This document shows positions 1-16,108 of a DNA stretch of 64,000 bases, one piece after another; within the stretch, counting starts at the first letter, position 1, and the number at the start of each line of letters is the position of its first letter. A program made the position numbers and the translations under genes. The stretch comes from Eledone cirrhosa. Lineage: Eukaryota. Below the pieces are notes generated by a model. That model searched no databases, had not been told where the DNA came from, and worked only from the letters and a program-made list of their open reading frames with translations. The stretch spans positions 26,536,001 to 26,600,000 of the forward strand of contig OZ024741.1 of the NCBI GenBank assembly GCA_964016885.1, written 5' to 3'.

Positions 1-199
1 ACACTAATCTGGTTGTGGAACCAACCAACCAACCGGAAATTTATAAATTCCTAAATTTATAAATTTATTATAAATTCCTAGATTTATAAATTTATTATAA
101 TAAATTGAAGTGAAAGCAACTGGTGCGTGTGTTTCTTATTGGTAACATGACCCTCCCAAAGTATAACAATATATGTATATATATATATGTGTATATATA

Positions 200-1789
200 T
201 ATCATCATCATCATTTAACGTCCATATTCCACGCTCGCATGGGTTTGGACGGGAGTTTTCCCACTTGAGGCAAGAGTGGTTGTCTTGCTCGCACAGGACT
301 GTCTGGCGGGTTTTCTAAGGCTGGATGCCCTTCCTAACACCAACCACATTTACAGTGTGGAACTGGGAGATTTTTACCGTGTTACCTACACGGCCACATT
401 ACAGCGTGGACTGTGTGTTTTTTTTGTTGTGACACCTACACGACCTCGTTTGTTTCGGGCTGGATGTTGTGGTACCAACATGACTTTACATTGAAAGGGG
501 TGGTGTGCATGGGGTGGGGGTAGTGGGACGAGGGTGTATTTTGTTAGAGGTGCCTACTGGCTGGAGTAGGTTTCACTTTGCACTTAGTTAAGGCGGGTCT
601 TCTCTATTACTGTGTAGCGCCAAAGATCTCGGTCCAGTGACATTGTCTTAGAGAGGTGTAAGTGGGTGAGGTCGGAATTTATCAAGTCGTCCCAGGCTTT
701 TCTGGGTCTGCCTACTCCGTGACTACCGTCTATTTTTATTGCCTTGCACTTTTATATACAGCTGTCGTCTTTCATGCGCATCACGTGACCATACCAACGT
801 AGTCTTCTCTCGAGTAAACAACATCTGATCCCTCTTATTTCTAATTTCTCCCTTAGTTTGTTTATGCTTTGCCGTTCACGTATATTACTATTACACATCC
901 AGCGGAGCATGCAAGCTTCGTTTCTCTCCAGTCTGCGTATATCCTCTGCACACAATGCCCAGGTCTCACTGCCATGTAACATTGCTGTTCGTATGCAGGC
1001 ATCATACAGCCTGCCTTTTATTTTTAGAGTGAACCCTTTAGCGGCCAATAGTGGTATAAGCTCTCTGAACTTTTTCATCCCGTTCTGAATCTAGCTACTG
1101 TACTTTCAGAGCACCCTCTCCCACACCTGATTTTGTCACCCAGGTAACGGAAACTGTCCACTATTTCTATAGAACCATCTGTGCAATGGAATGAATTAGT
1201 ATTCTGTGGGCACTTGCTGCTACATATTGCACCAGAGCACCGGCCACATATAAAATCTATATTCTTAGTTAGCTTACCTGTGATCCCACTACATCTTTTA
1301 TGTACCCATACTTTGCATTTGGGACATAAAATGGAGTTTCTGCCTACTCCTTTCCTACACATTGAGCATGGCCATTTCCCAGATGGGACCGGTGTCCTAT
1401 TTTCCTTCCTACAAACTAGAACTTTAGTCTTAGACAAGTTAACTTTAAGGCCTTTTGATTCTAGGCCATGCTTCCATGTTTGGAATTTCTCTAGTCCAGC
1501 CATTGATTCAGCTATGAGTGTTAGATCATCTGCATATAGGAGTTCCATGGGCAGCCGGTCTTGAACTCCTCTGTTATAGCCTGAAGGGCAATAATAAATA
1601 GTAGGGGGATAAGGACGGAGCCCTGATGCTAAACTCTTCACTATATTTGTTGTTAATTCTAACCTTGCTGACTGTTTCTTTATACATGGCTTGTATAGCT
1701 CTCACAAACCATTCATCAACACCTAGTTTTCTAAGCGCCTACCAGATAATTGAGCGGGGTACTCTGTCAAAAGCTTTCTCCAAGTCAAC
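200..1789 (-). mobile_element. 5'-truncated, frameshifted RTE family A copy
   Basis: Split ORFs 752-1078 and 1075-1641 match the RT/PHD/C-terminus; small deletion near 1630; UTR and (GAT)n tail. Confidence 0.9.
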
Positions 1790-2072
1790 CGGGTGATGTG
1801 TTGTTTCCTTGAGCAAGACACTTTATTTCACATTACTCCAGTTTACTCAGCAGTAGAAATGAGATGATAGGGACTCGGGTTCCTATCATTCCACTGCAAA
1901 GTGGTCGTGTAGGTGCCACGGTAAAAACCACCCAGCACTCTCTGTAAATGAGGTTGGTGTTAGGAAGGGCATCGAGCTGTAGAAATCAAGCCAGAATCAG
2001 TACGCGTCCCACCCTTGCAAGCAGGGAAAAGTGGACGTAAAATGATGATGATATATGATGATGATGATGATA
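1790..2072 (+). mobile_element. SINE-like fragment: CORE-like segment + GGTGTTAGGAAGGGCATC motif + RTE family B-type tail
   Basis: TCCTTGAGCAAGACACTT resembles the CORE domain; ends CCCACCCTTGCAAGCAGGGAAAAGTGGACGTAAAATGATG. Confidence 0.6.
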
Positions 2073-2236
2073 TACATATACATATACATATATCTGTATA
2101 TATATATATATAAGTATATATACATATATATATATATAAGTATATATACATATATATATATAAGTATATATACATATATATATATAGATAAGTATATATA
2201 CATATATATATACATAAGTATATATATATATATAAG

Positions 2237-2268
<32 letters not shown>

Positions 2269-2279
2269 AGTATATATAC

Positions 2280-2897
2280 ATCATCATCATCGTTTAACGT
2301 CCGTGTTCCATGCTTGCATGGGTTTGGACGGGAGTTTTCCCACTTGAGGCAAGAGTGGTTGTCTTGCTCGCATAGGACTGTCTGGCGGGTTTTCTACAGT
2401 TGGATGCCCTTCCTAACACCAACCACATTTAGAGTGCGGGGCTGGGAGGTTTTTACCGTGTTGCCTACACGGCCACATTACAGCGTGGACTGTCTGGCAG
2501 GTTTTCTACAGCTGGATGCCCTTCCTAACACCAACCACATTTACAGTGTGGGACTGGGACGTTTTTACCGTGTTGCCTACACGGCCACATTACAGCGTGG
2601 ACTGTCTGGCAGGTTTTCTACAGCTGGATGCCCTTCCTAACACCAACCACATTTACAGTGTGGGACTGGGACGTTTTTACCGTGTTGCCTACACGGTCAC
2701 ATTACAGCGTGGACTGTCTGGCAGGTTTTCTACAGCTGGATGCCCTTCCTAACACCAACCACATTTACAGTGTGGGACTGGGACGTTTTTACCGTGTTGC
2801 CTACACGGTCACATTACAGCGTGGACTGTGTGTTTTTTTTTTCGTGACACCTACACGATCTCACATGAGACACCTACACGTGACACCTACACGATCT
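2280..2897 (-). mobile_element. RTE family A 3' UTR-only element with four tandem 112-bp modules
   Basis: G(C/T)TGGATGCC recurs at 2399, 2511, 2623, 2735. Confidence 0.88.
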
Positions 2898-2964
<67 letters not shown>

Positions 2965-2997
2965 TATATATATATATAAGTATATATATATATATAT

Positions 2998-3368
2998 ATC
3001 ATCACCATCATTTTACGTCCGCTTTTCCCTGCTTGCAAGGGTGGGACGGGTCTTATTCAGCACAGCATCTCTCCACTCGTCACGGTCCCTCGTCATCTCC
3101 GCCGTGAGCTTCAATGATCTGAGGTCTGTTCTCACCACCTCCGCCCATGTTTTTCGTGGTCTACCTCTACCACGTCTTCCTTCAACTGGCATTTCCTGGC
3201 ACTTCTTCACCCATCGGTCATCCTCCATGCGCATCACATGTCCATACCACCTCAGTCTCCTCTCCCGTACACTACATTCTATCCGTCTCAGACACAGTTT
3301 CTCTCTCAACACATTTATGCTGGGTCGTTCACGCACATCCAAAGGAGCATGCTTGCCTCATTTCTCTC
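2998..3368 (-). mobile_element. 3' fragment of a second RTE family (B) whose ORF runs into the tail
   Basis: ORF 3013-3342 [11 protein letters not shown]...GRPRKTW...[13 protein letters not shown] directly followed by (GAT)n. Confidence 0.88.
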
Positions 3369-3376
3369 CATATAAG

Positions 3377-3407
<31 letters not shown>

Positions 3408-3510
3408 TAATATATATATATATAATATATATAATATATATATAAGTATATATATATATATATATATAAGTATATATATATATATATAAGTATATATATA
3501 TATATATAAG

Positions 3511-3544
<34 letters not shown>

Positions 3545-3974
3545 TCGTTTCTGAATTTGTTTAGGAAGATTCTTTATCTGAAATCGTGTGTTGAAACTGA
3601 TATTGTTATACTTTGGGAGGGTCATGTTGCCAATAAGAAACACACGCACCAGTTGCTTTCACTTCAATTTATTATATATTTATAAATTTATAAATTTCTG
3701 GTTGGTTGGTTGGTTCCACAACCAGATAGTTGTTTATATATTATATTATATATATATATAAGTATATATATATATATATAAGTATATATATATATATATA
3801 TATAATATATATATAATATATATATAATATATATATATAATATATATATATATATAATATATATATAATATATATATATAATATATATATATAAGTATAT
3901 ATATATAAGTATATCTATATATATAATATATATATAATATATATATATAACACCCCCCCCCCCACCGCAAGGTG

Positions 3975-4232
3975 GTCGTGGAGGTGCCATGGCAAAAAAG
4001 CACCCAGCCCACACTGTAAAGTGGACGTGTAGGCGCCACGAAAAAGCACCCAGCACTCACTGTAAATGAGGTTGGTGTTAGGAAGGGCATCCAGCTGTAG
4101 AAATCAAGCCAGATCAGTTCCTGTATGAGCAAGGCATGGTCAGCAGACCAGACACTGCCCACAACAGGACAACACGTCTAACCCATGCTAGCGTGGAAGA
4201 ACGGACGTAAAACGGTGATGATGATGATGATG
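3975..4232 (+). mobile_element. Short non-autonomous retroposon with RTE-type tail
   Basis: Near-identical inverted copy at 54378-54592; shared AGGAAGGGCATCCAG motif; (GAT)n tail. Confidence 0.8.
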
Positions 4233-4234
4233 AC

Positions 4235-6342
<2,108 letters not shown>

Positions 6343-7160
6343 TTAAAGGTTTCTTTCTAAAAATGAAAGGCAGATTGTATGATGCCTGCATACGAACAGC
6401 AATGCTACATGGCAGTGAGACCTGGGCATTGTGTGCAGAGGATATACGCAGATTGGAGAGGAACGAAGCTTGCATGCTCCGCTGGATGTGTAATAGTAAT
6501 ATACGGGAACGGCAAAGCATAAATGAACTAAGTGAGAAATTAGAAATAAGAGGGATCAGATGCCGTTTACTCGAGAGAAGACTACGTTGGTATGGTCACG
6601 TGATGCGCATGAAAGACGACAGCTGTATAAAAAAGTGCAGGGCGATCAAAATAGACGGTAGCCACGGAGTAGGTAGACCCAGAAAAACCTGGGACAATTT
6701 GATAAATTCCAACCTTACACACTTGCACCTCTCTAAGACAATGTCACTGGACCGAGATCTTTGGCGCTACACAGTAATACAGAAGACCCACCTTGCCTAA
6801 GTACAAAGCGAAACCTACAGTCAGTAGGCACCTCTTAACAAAATACACCCCATCCACACCACCTCTTTCTCTGTAAAGTTATGTTGGTACCACAACATCC
6901 AGTCCGAAATAAATGAGGTCGTGTAGGTGTCACGACAAAAAAACACACAGTCCACGCTGTAATGTGGCCGTGTGGGTAACACGGTAAAAACCTCCCAGTC
7001 CACACTGTAAATGTGGTTGGTGTTAGGAAGGGCATCCAGCCGTAGAAAACCCGCCAGACAGTCCTATACGAGCAAGACAACCAATCTTGCCTCAAGTGGG
7101 AAAATTCCCGTACAAACCCATGCAAGCGTGGAAGATGGATGTTAAACGATGATGATGATG
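6343..7160 (+). mobile_element. 5'-truncated RTE family A copy
   Basis: [15 protein letters not shown]...KTHLA*, then UTR and tail. Confidence 0.9.
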
Positions 7161-7253
7161 TATATTGTTTTATGCCTAGATTCAATGCCTGCATGTTTTA
7201 TCCAGGTTGTCACATTCTGAGGCAAAACAGGTCAGATGAATCTGTCTTGCTCA

Positions 7254-7704
7254 TACTCTCAGCTCCCAATAATCTCCCTCTACCGCTTATTAATTTTTCA
7301 GATTTTTTCCAGCCCCCTAGCTTTTATTCCATACTCTATACGAGGTTCTAACGACTCAGATCATCTACTGCTTTTATACATATTCTTGTGTCTCTAATAA
7401 TCGTCCTCTTCCTACTTATTAATTTTTTAGACCACACCTTTGTTTATTAAATTTTGCTAATCAATCTCCTGCGAAATATTATTTTAAGTGGTAGCATTCC
7501 TGCAACAATTTTCTTTAGACATTAAAAAACATTATACATGACAAAAAAAGTACATATGTCATAAAATAAACAGGATCGTTTGGAATCTCTATGTAAACTA
7601 AATGACTAATTCTGGTTTTTAAAAAAATCTGCGGAGATAACCTAGAAATATTACTTATTTTCCAGCCATCCCGCTCCCCCCCCCATTATTGGATTCTGTT
7701 AGTA
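7254..7704 (+). mobile_element. TA-flanked MITE (TIR ~TACTCTCAGGTCCCAAATAAT), degenerate, with a second left end at 7381
   Basis: Internal sequence shared with 26454-26870, 41588-41981, 44009-44365. Confidence 0.7.
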
Positions 7705-8000
7705 CGTTCTATTTTGGCAAGCTTTCAATGGCTGTATGCCCTTCCTAACACCAATTCTGTCACGATGTGTACCAGGATCATGTTGTCATGGCACCACCAC
7801 TACCACTGGTACCTTCACTACCACATATTGAGTGCATCTGGTTTACAATAGCTATGCCATATTGTTCTATTATTGTAGGTGATAAAACATTGCTTCAAAA
7901 AGGACCCCCGTCATAATTATGAAGCCTTAAAAAACTTGCAGTATTGTTAGACACACCACCACCACTACCACCATGATACTTTATGACCACTGCTAAACAC

Positions 8001-8280
8001 ATGACCAATATACCACTAGGGTGACCAATATACCACTAGTATGACCAATATACCTCTAGTGTGACCAATACACCACTAGTGTGTCCAGTATACCACTAGT
8101 GTGACCAGTATACCATTAGTATGACCAAAACACCAGTAGTATGACCAATACACCACTAATATGACCAATACACCACTAATATGACCAATACACCACTTAT
8201 ATGGCCAATACACCTCTAGTGTAACCAATACTTCTCTAGTGTGACCAATACATCAATAGTGTGACCAATACACTACTAGT
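8001..8280. repeat. 20-bp minisatellite (RTGACCAATAYACCACTAGT), ~14 copies
   Basis: Direct reading. Confidence 0.92.
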
Positions 8281-11200
8281 GACAGTACAGGGATAGAGGG
8301 ACTATACTAATAGTGGACAGGAGGGCTGACAGTACAGGGATAGAGGGACTATACTAATAGTGGACAGGAGGGGTGACAGTACAGGATAGAGGGACTATAC
8401 TAATAGTGGACAGGAGGGGTGACAGTACAGGGATAGAGGGACTATACTAATAGTGGACAGGAGGGCTGACAGTACAGGGATAGAGGGACTATACTAATAG
8501 TGGACAGGAGGGGTGACAGTACAGGGATAGAGGGACTATACTAATAGTGGACAGGAGGGGTGACAGTACATGATAGAGGGACTATACTAATAGTGGACAG
8601 GAGGGGTGACAGTACAGGATAGAGGGACTATACTAATAGTGGACAGGAGGGCTGACAGTACAGGGATAGAGGGACTATACTAATAGTGGACAGGAGGGGT
8701 GACAGTACAGGGATAGAGGGACTATACTAATTGTGGACAGGAGGGGTGACAGTACAGGGATAGAGGGACTATACTAATAGTGGACAGGAGGGGTGACAGT
8801 ACAGGGATAGAGGGACTATACTAATAGTGGACAGGAGGGCTGACAGTACAGGGATAGAGGGACTATACTAATAGTGGACAGGAGGGGTGACAGTACAGGG
8901 ATAGAGGGACTATACTAATAGTGGATAGGAGGGGTGACAGTACATGATAGAGGGACTATACTAATAGTGGACAGGAGGGGTGACAGTACATGATAGAGGG
9001 ACTATACTAATAGTGGACAGGAGGGGTGACAGTACAGGATAGAGGGACTATACTAATAGTGGACAGGAGGGGTGACAGTACATGATAGAGGGACTATACT
9101 AATAGTGGACAGGAGGGGTGACAGTACATGATAGAGGGACTATACTAATAGTGGACAGGAGGGGTGACAGTACAGGATAGAGGGACTATACTAATAGTGG
9201 ACAGGAGGGGTGACAGTACATGATAGAGGGACTATACTAATAGTGGACAGGAGGGGTGACAGTACATGATAGAGGGACTATACTAATAGTGGACAGGAGG
9301 GGTGACAGTACAGGGATAGAAGGACTATACTAATTGTGGACAGGAGGGGTGACAGTACAGGGATAGAGGGACTATACTAATTGTGGACAGGAGGGGTGAC
9401 AGTACAGGATAGAGGGACTATACTAATAGTGGACAGGAGGGGTGACAGTACATGATAGAGGGACTATACTAATAGTGGACAGGAGGGGTGACAGTACAGG
9501 GATAGAGGGACTATACTAATAGTGGACAGGAGGGCTGACAGTACAGGGATAGAGGGACTATACTAATAGTGGACAGGAGGGGTGACAGTACAGGGATAGA
9601 GGGACTATACTAATAGTGGACAGGAGGGGTGACAGTACAGGATAGAGGGACTATACTAATAGTGGACAGGAGGGGTGACAGTACAGGGATAGAGGGACTA
9701 TACTAATAGTGGACAGGAGGGGTGACAGTACAGGGATAGAGGGACTATACTAATAGTGGACAGGAGGGGTGACAATACAGGATAGAGGGACAATACTAAT
9801 AGTGGACAGGAGGGGTGACAGTACAGGGATAGAGGGACTATACTAATAGTGGATAGGAGGGGTGACAGTACAGGATAGAGGGACTATACTAATAGTGGAC
9901 AGGAGGGGTGACAGTACAGGGATAGAGGGACTATACTAATAGTGGACAGGAGAGGTGACAGTACAGGGATAGAGGGACTATACTAATAGTGGATAGGAGG
10001 GGTGACAGTACATGATAGAGGGACTATACTAATAGTGGACAGGAGGGGTGACAGTACAGGGATAGAGGGACTATACTAATAGTGGACAGGAGAGGTGACA
10101 GTACAGGATAGAGGGACTATACTAATAGTGGACAGGAGGGGTGACAGTACAGGGATAGAGGGACTATACTAATAGTGGACAGGAGGGGTGACAATACAGG
10201 ATAGAGGGACTATACTAATAGTGGATAGGAGGGGTGAAAATACAGGGATAGAGGGACTATACTAATAGTGGACAGGAGGGGTGACAGTACAGGGATAGAG
10301 GGACTATACTAATAGTGGACAGGAGGGGTGACAGTACATGATAGAGGGACTATACTAATAGTGGACAGGAGGGGTGAAAATACAGGGATAGAGGGACTAT
10401 ACTAATAGTGGACAGGAGGGGTGACAGTACAGGGATAGAGGGACTATACTAATAGTGGACAGGAGGGGTGAAAATACAGGGATAGAGGGACTATACTAAT
10501 AGTGGACAGGAGGGGTGACAGTACAGGGATAGAGGGACTATACTAATAGTGGACAGGAGGGGTGACAGTACATGATAGAGGGACTATACTAATAGTGGAC
10601 AGGAGGGGTGAAAATACAGGGATAGAGGGACTATACTAATAGTGGACAGGAGGGGTGACAGTACAGGGATAGAGGGACTATACTAATAGTGGACAGGAGG
10701 GGTGACAGTACATGATAGAGGGACTATACTAATAGTGGACAGGAGGGGTGAAAATACAGGGATAGAGGGACTATACTAATAGTGGACAGGAGGGGTGACA
10801 GTACAGGGATAGAGGGACTATACTAATAGTGGACAGGAGGGGTGACAGTACATGATAGAGGGACTATACTAATAGTGGACAGGAGGGGTGAAAATACAGG
10901 GATAGAGGGACTATACTAATAGTGGACAGGAGGGGTGACAGTACAGGGATAGAGGGACTATACTAATTGTGGACAGGAGGGGTGACAGTACAGGATAGAG
11001 GGACTATACTAATTGTGGACAGGAGGGCTGACAGTACAGGGATAGAGGGACTATACAAATAGTGGACAGGAGGGGTGACAGTACAGGATAGAGGGACTAT
11101 ACTAATAGTGGACAGGAGGGGTGACAGTACAGGGATAGAGGGACTATACTAATTGTGGACAAGAGGGGTGACAGTACAGGATAGAGGGACTATACTAATA

Positions 11201-12396
11201 GTGGACAGGAGGGGTGACAGTACAGGGATAGAGGGACTATACTAATAGTGGACAGGAGGGGTGACAGTACAGGGATAGAGGGACTATACTAATAGTGGAC
11301 AGGAGGGCTGACAGTACAGGGATAGAGGGACTATACTAATTGTGGACAGGAGGGGTGACAGTACAGGGATAGAGGGACTATACTAATAGTGGACAGGAGG
11401 GGTGACAGTACAGGATAGAGGGACTATACTAATAGTGGACAGGAGGGGTGACAGTACAGGATAGAGGGACTATACTAATAGTGGACAGGAGGGGTGACAG
11501 TACATGATAGAGGGACTATACTAATAGTGGACAGGAGGGGTGACAGTACAGGATAGAGGGACTATACTAATAGTGGACAGGAGGGGTGACAGTACATGAT
11601 AGAGGGACTATACTAATAGTGGACAGGAGGGCTGACAGTACAGGGATAGAGGGACTATACTAATAGTGGACAGGAGAGGTGACAGTACAGGATAGAGGGA
11701 CTATACTAATTGTGGACAGGAGGGGTGACAGTACAGGATAGAGGGACTATACTAATTGTGGACAGGAGGGGTGACAGTACAGGATAGAGGGACTATACTA
11801 ATAGTGGACAGGAGGGGTGACAGTACAGGATAGAGGGACTATACTAATTGTGGACAGGAGGGGTGACAGTACAGGATAGAGGGACTATACTAATAGTGGA
11901 CAGGAGGGGTGACAGTACAGGATAGAGGGACTATACTAATAGTGGACAGGAGGGGTGACAGTACAGGATAGAGGGACTATACTAATAGTGGACAGGAGGG
12001 GTGACAGTACAGGATAGAGGGACTATACTAATTGTGGACAGGAGGGGTGACAGTACAGGATAGAGGGACTATACTAATAGTGGACAGGAGGGGTGACAGT
12101 AGAGGATAGAGGGACTATACTAATTGTGGACAGGACGGGTGACAGTACAGGATAGAGGGACTATACTAATTGTGGACAGGAGGGGTGACAGTACAGGGAT
12201 AGAGGGACTATACTAATTGTGGACAGGAGGGGTGACAGTACAGGATAGAGGGACTATACTAATTGTGGACAGGAGGGGTGACAGTACAGGGATAGAGGGA
12301 CTATACTAATTGTGGACAGGACGGGTGACAGTACAGGATAGAGGGACTATACTAATAGTGGACAGGAGGGGTGACAGTACAGGATAGAGGGACTAT
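8281..12396. repeat. 46-47-bp purine-rich minisatellite, ~88 copies
   Basis: Unit GACAGTACAG(G)GATAGAGGGACTATACTAATAGTGGACAGGAGGGGT, head-to-tail with no spacers. Confidence 0.97.
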
Positions 12397-14239
12397 CTTA
12401 AGAATGATCAAACTAGGGGCGGGGGGGGGGGGGCACAGTTGTGTTTTCAATACATACATACCTACATACATACAAACAGACAAACGTAGAAAACACACAC
12501 ACAAAGACACATACAATGCACACACAAAGACATACAAACACAAACATACAACACACACACATAACAGACATAGAACCACACACACACACACATACAAAAA
12601 CACCCAAACACAAACATACAACCACACACATGTAATGAAGAGGTACAAATAACATGTTGACAGATTTGGCAGCGTTTTGTAATAATTAAAATTTTGCACA
12701 GAAACCACCTCCTCCCCCTATCTCTCTCTCTCTAATACAAGTTCCTAGTCTCTCACTTTCCCCCTCTATCTGTCTCTACCATTTTCTCAATCTCTCTCTC
12801 TCTACCACAAGCTGCTTGTCTCTCACTTTCTCCTTGTGCCTCTTACCACTGCCTCTCATCTTCCCCTCTCTGTCACTCTACCATTTTCTCCTTGTCCCTC
12901 TTCCCACTGGCCCTCTCTGTCACTGCCATTTTCTCCAAGTCTCCCAATCCCTGTCTTTCCCTCTCTCTACCACCAGCTCCTAGTCTCTCCTTGTCCCACT
13001 CACTGCTCCTCCCGCTCACCTCAGTCTCTCAATCATTTTCTCACCCCCTTATCTCTCTACCACCAGCTCCTTGTCCCCCACCCCCGCTGCCTCTCCCCTC
13101 TGTCTTTCTACCATTTCCTCATAGTCTCTCAATCTGTCAATCTCTCTACCACAGGCTCCTAGTCTCTCACTTTCTCCTTGCCTCCTCCCCCTTCCACCCA
13201 TCCCCCTCTCTCTTATTGGTTCATTACTATTCCCAGATACAATAACTGTCAAGATGGGGTTAGGGGGAGGAGGGGGAGAGAACTTTCCTTTGATAGCTTC
13301 AGTAATTTATTTAAAGCAATAAGGCACACACAGAGACAGAGGCACACACACACAGAGACAGAGGCACACACACAGACACATACACAGAGAGACAGAGGCA
13401 CACACACAGAGACAGAGGCACACGCACACAGACAGAGGCACAGAGACAGAGCCACAGCACACAGGGACACACATACAAAGAGACATACACAGGGACACAC
13501 ATACACAGAGGCATACACATACAGAGACACACATATAGAGACTGTTATATACACAGACACAAAACACACCTCCTGTGTTAAACTATGGCACATACACAGA
13601 GGGATACACATACATACACACCTCCTGTGTTAAACTATGGTACAGACACACACATACAGAGACACACACACCCTGTCTTAACAAACTATGATGATGATGA
13701 TGATGAAGAGAGTCACTTCCACCCTATCCAGGTACCTGGCTATGATGACAATGATGATGATGATGATGATGATGATGCTCAAGGACAAAATAAAATGGTG
13801 TGCACCTTTAAGTTACCAGCAAATTGACCAGAGGAAGAGATGATTGGGCTTCATGGTGCCCTGCTAATAACACGTGACCATCTGGTGGTCAAGGCAGCTG
13901 TAGTCATCATCATCATCATAATCACTATTTATCATAATTTTCCACGCTAGCATGGGTTAGACAAGCTGTCCTATTGTGAGAGAAGCCAGGTTGGATGACC
14001 GTGTCTTGCTCATACAGAACTGTTTCTCGCTTACTTTCTACTGCTGGATGCTGTGTTCTAAACATTGACCTTCTAGAGGTGACAGTAATATGTGTACTAT
14101 TGATCTCTCAGTTGATTGATATTGTCTGTCATTAACATGGTGTCACCAAATATTCTAAACAGTGATGATGTGATGGTCAAGGTAACCGCAATATCTGTAT
14201 TATTTTGATCCCTCACTTCACTGAGAGTCTCTCTCATTA

Positions 14240-16108
14240 ACACTATATCAAACACTCTATACACACTATGTCATCAAACACTCTATACACACTATGTCAT
14301 CAAACACTCTATACACACTACATCATCAAACACTCTATACACACTACACCATCAAACACTCCACACTATACCATCAAACACTCCACACTATACCATCAAA
14401 CACTCCACACTATGTCATCAACCACCACACTATACCATCAAACACTACACTATCCCATCAAACACCACACTATACCATCAAACACTACACTATACCATCA
14501 AACACTAAACTATACCATCAAACAACCATGAAACATTACACTATACCATCAAACACCACAATATGTCATCAAACACTATATCATTAAACACTCTATACAC
14601 ACTACATCATCAAACACTCCACACTATACCATCAAACACCACACTATGTCATCAAACACCACACTATACCATCAATCACTACACTATACCATCAAACACT
14701 ACACTATCCCATCAAACACCACACTATACCATCAAACACCGCACTATACCATCAAACACTACACTATACCATCAAACACTACACTATACCATCAAACACT
14801 ACACTATACCATCAAACACCACACTATGTCATCAAACACTACACTATATCATCAAACACCACACTGCACCATCAAACACTATACTATCCCATCAAACACT
14901 ACACCATCAAACACCACACTATACCATCAAACACTACATTGTACCATTAAACACCACACTATACCATAAAACGCCACACTATCCCATCAAACACTACACT
15001 ATACCATCAAATACTACACTATACCATCAAACACTATACTATACCACCAAACACCACACTATACCATCAAACAGCACACTATACCATCAAACAGCACACT
15101 ATACCATCAAACACCACATTATTCCATTACATACCACACTATACCACCAAACACCACACTGTACCACCAAACACCACACTATACCACCAAACACCACACT
15201 GTACCATCAAACACCACACTATACCACCAAACTATACCATCAAACACCACACTGTACCACCAAACACCACACTATACCACCAAACACCACACTATACCAC
15301 CAAACACCACACTGTACCATCAAACACCACACTGTACCATCAAACACCACACTGTACCATCAAACGCCACACTATACCATCAAACGCCACACTATACCAC
15401 CAAACGCCCCACTATTCCATCAAACGCCACACTATACTATCAAACGCCCCACTATACCATCAAACACTACACTATCCCATCAAACACCACACTGTACCAC
15501 CAAACACCACACTGTACCATCAAATACCACACTATACCACCAAACACCACACTATACCACCAAACACCACACTATACCACCAAACACCACACTATACCAC
15601 CAAACACCACACTATACCACCAAACACCACACTATACCACCAAACACTACACTATACCATCAAACACCACACTATACCATCAAACACTACACTATACCAT
15701 CAAACACTACACTATCCCATCAAACACCACACTGTACCACCAAACACTACACTGTACCACCAAACACCACACTATACCACCAAACACCACACTATACCAT
15801 CAAACACCACACTACCATCAAACACCACACTGTACCATCAAACACCACACTATACCACCAAACACCACACTATACCACCAAACACTACACTATACCACCA
15901 AACACTACACTATACCATCAAACACCACACTATACCATCAAACACCACACTATACCATCAAACACCACACTATACCATCAAACACTAAACTGTACCATCA
16001 AACACTACACTGTACCATCAAACAGCACACTATACCACCAAACACCACACTATGCCATCAAACACCACACTATGCCATCAAACACCACACTATACCATCA
16101 AACACTCT
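14240..16108. repeat. 20-bp minisatellite (CACTATACCATCAAACACCA)
   Basis: Direct reading. Confidence 0.95.

Noticed and set aside
8281-12396. CRISPR-like array
   Set aside because: Head-to-tail units without unique spacers, no cas genes, eukaryotic intron; the same applies to 47150-48746 and 2375-2828
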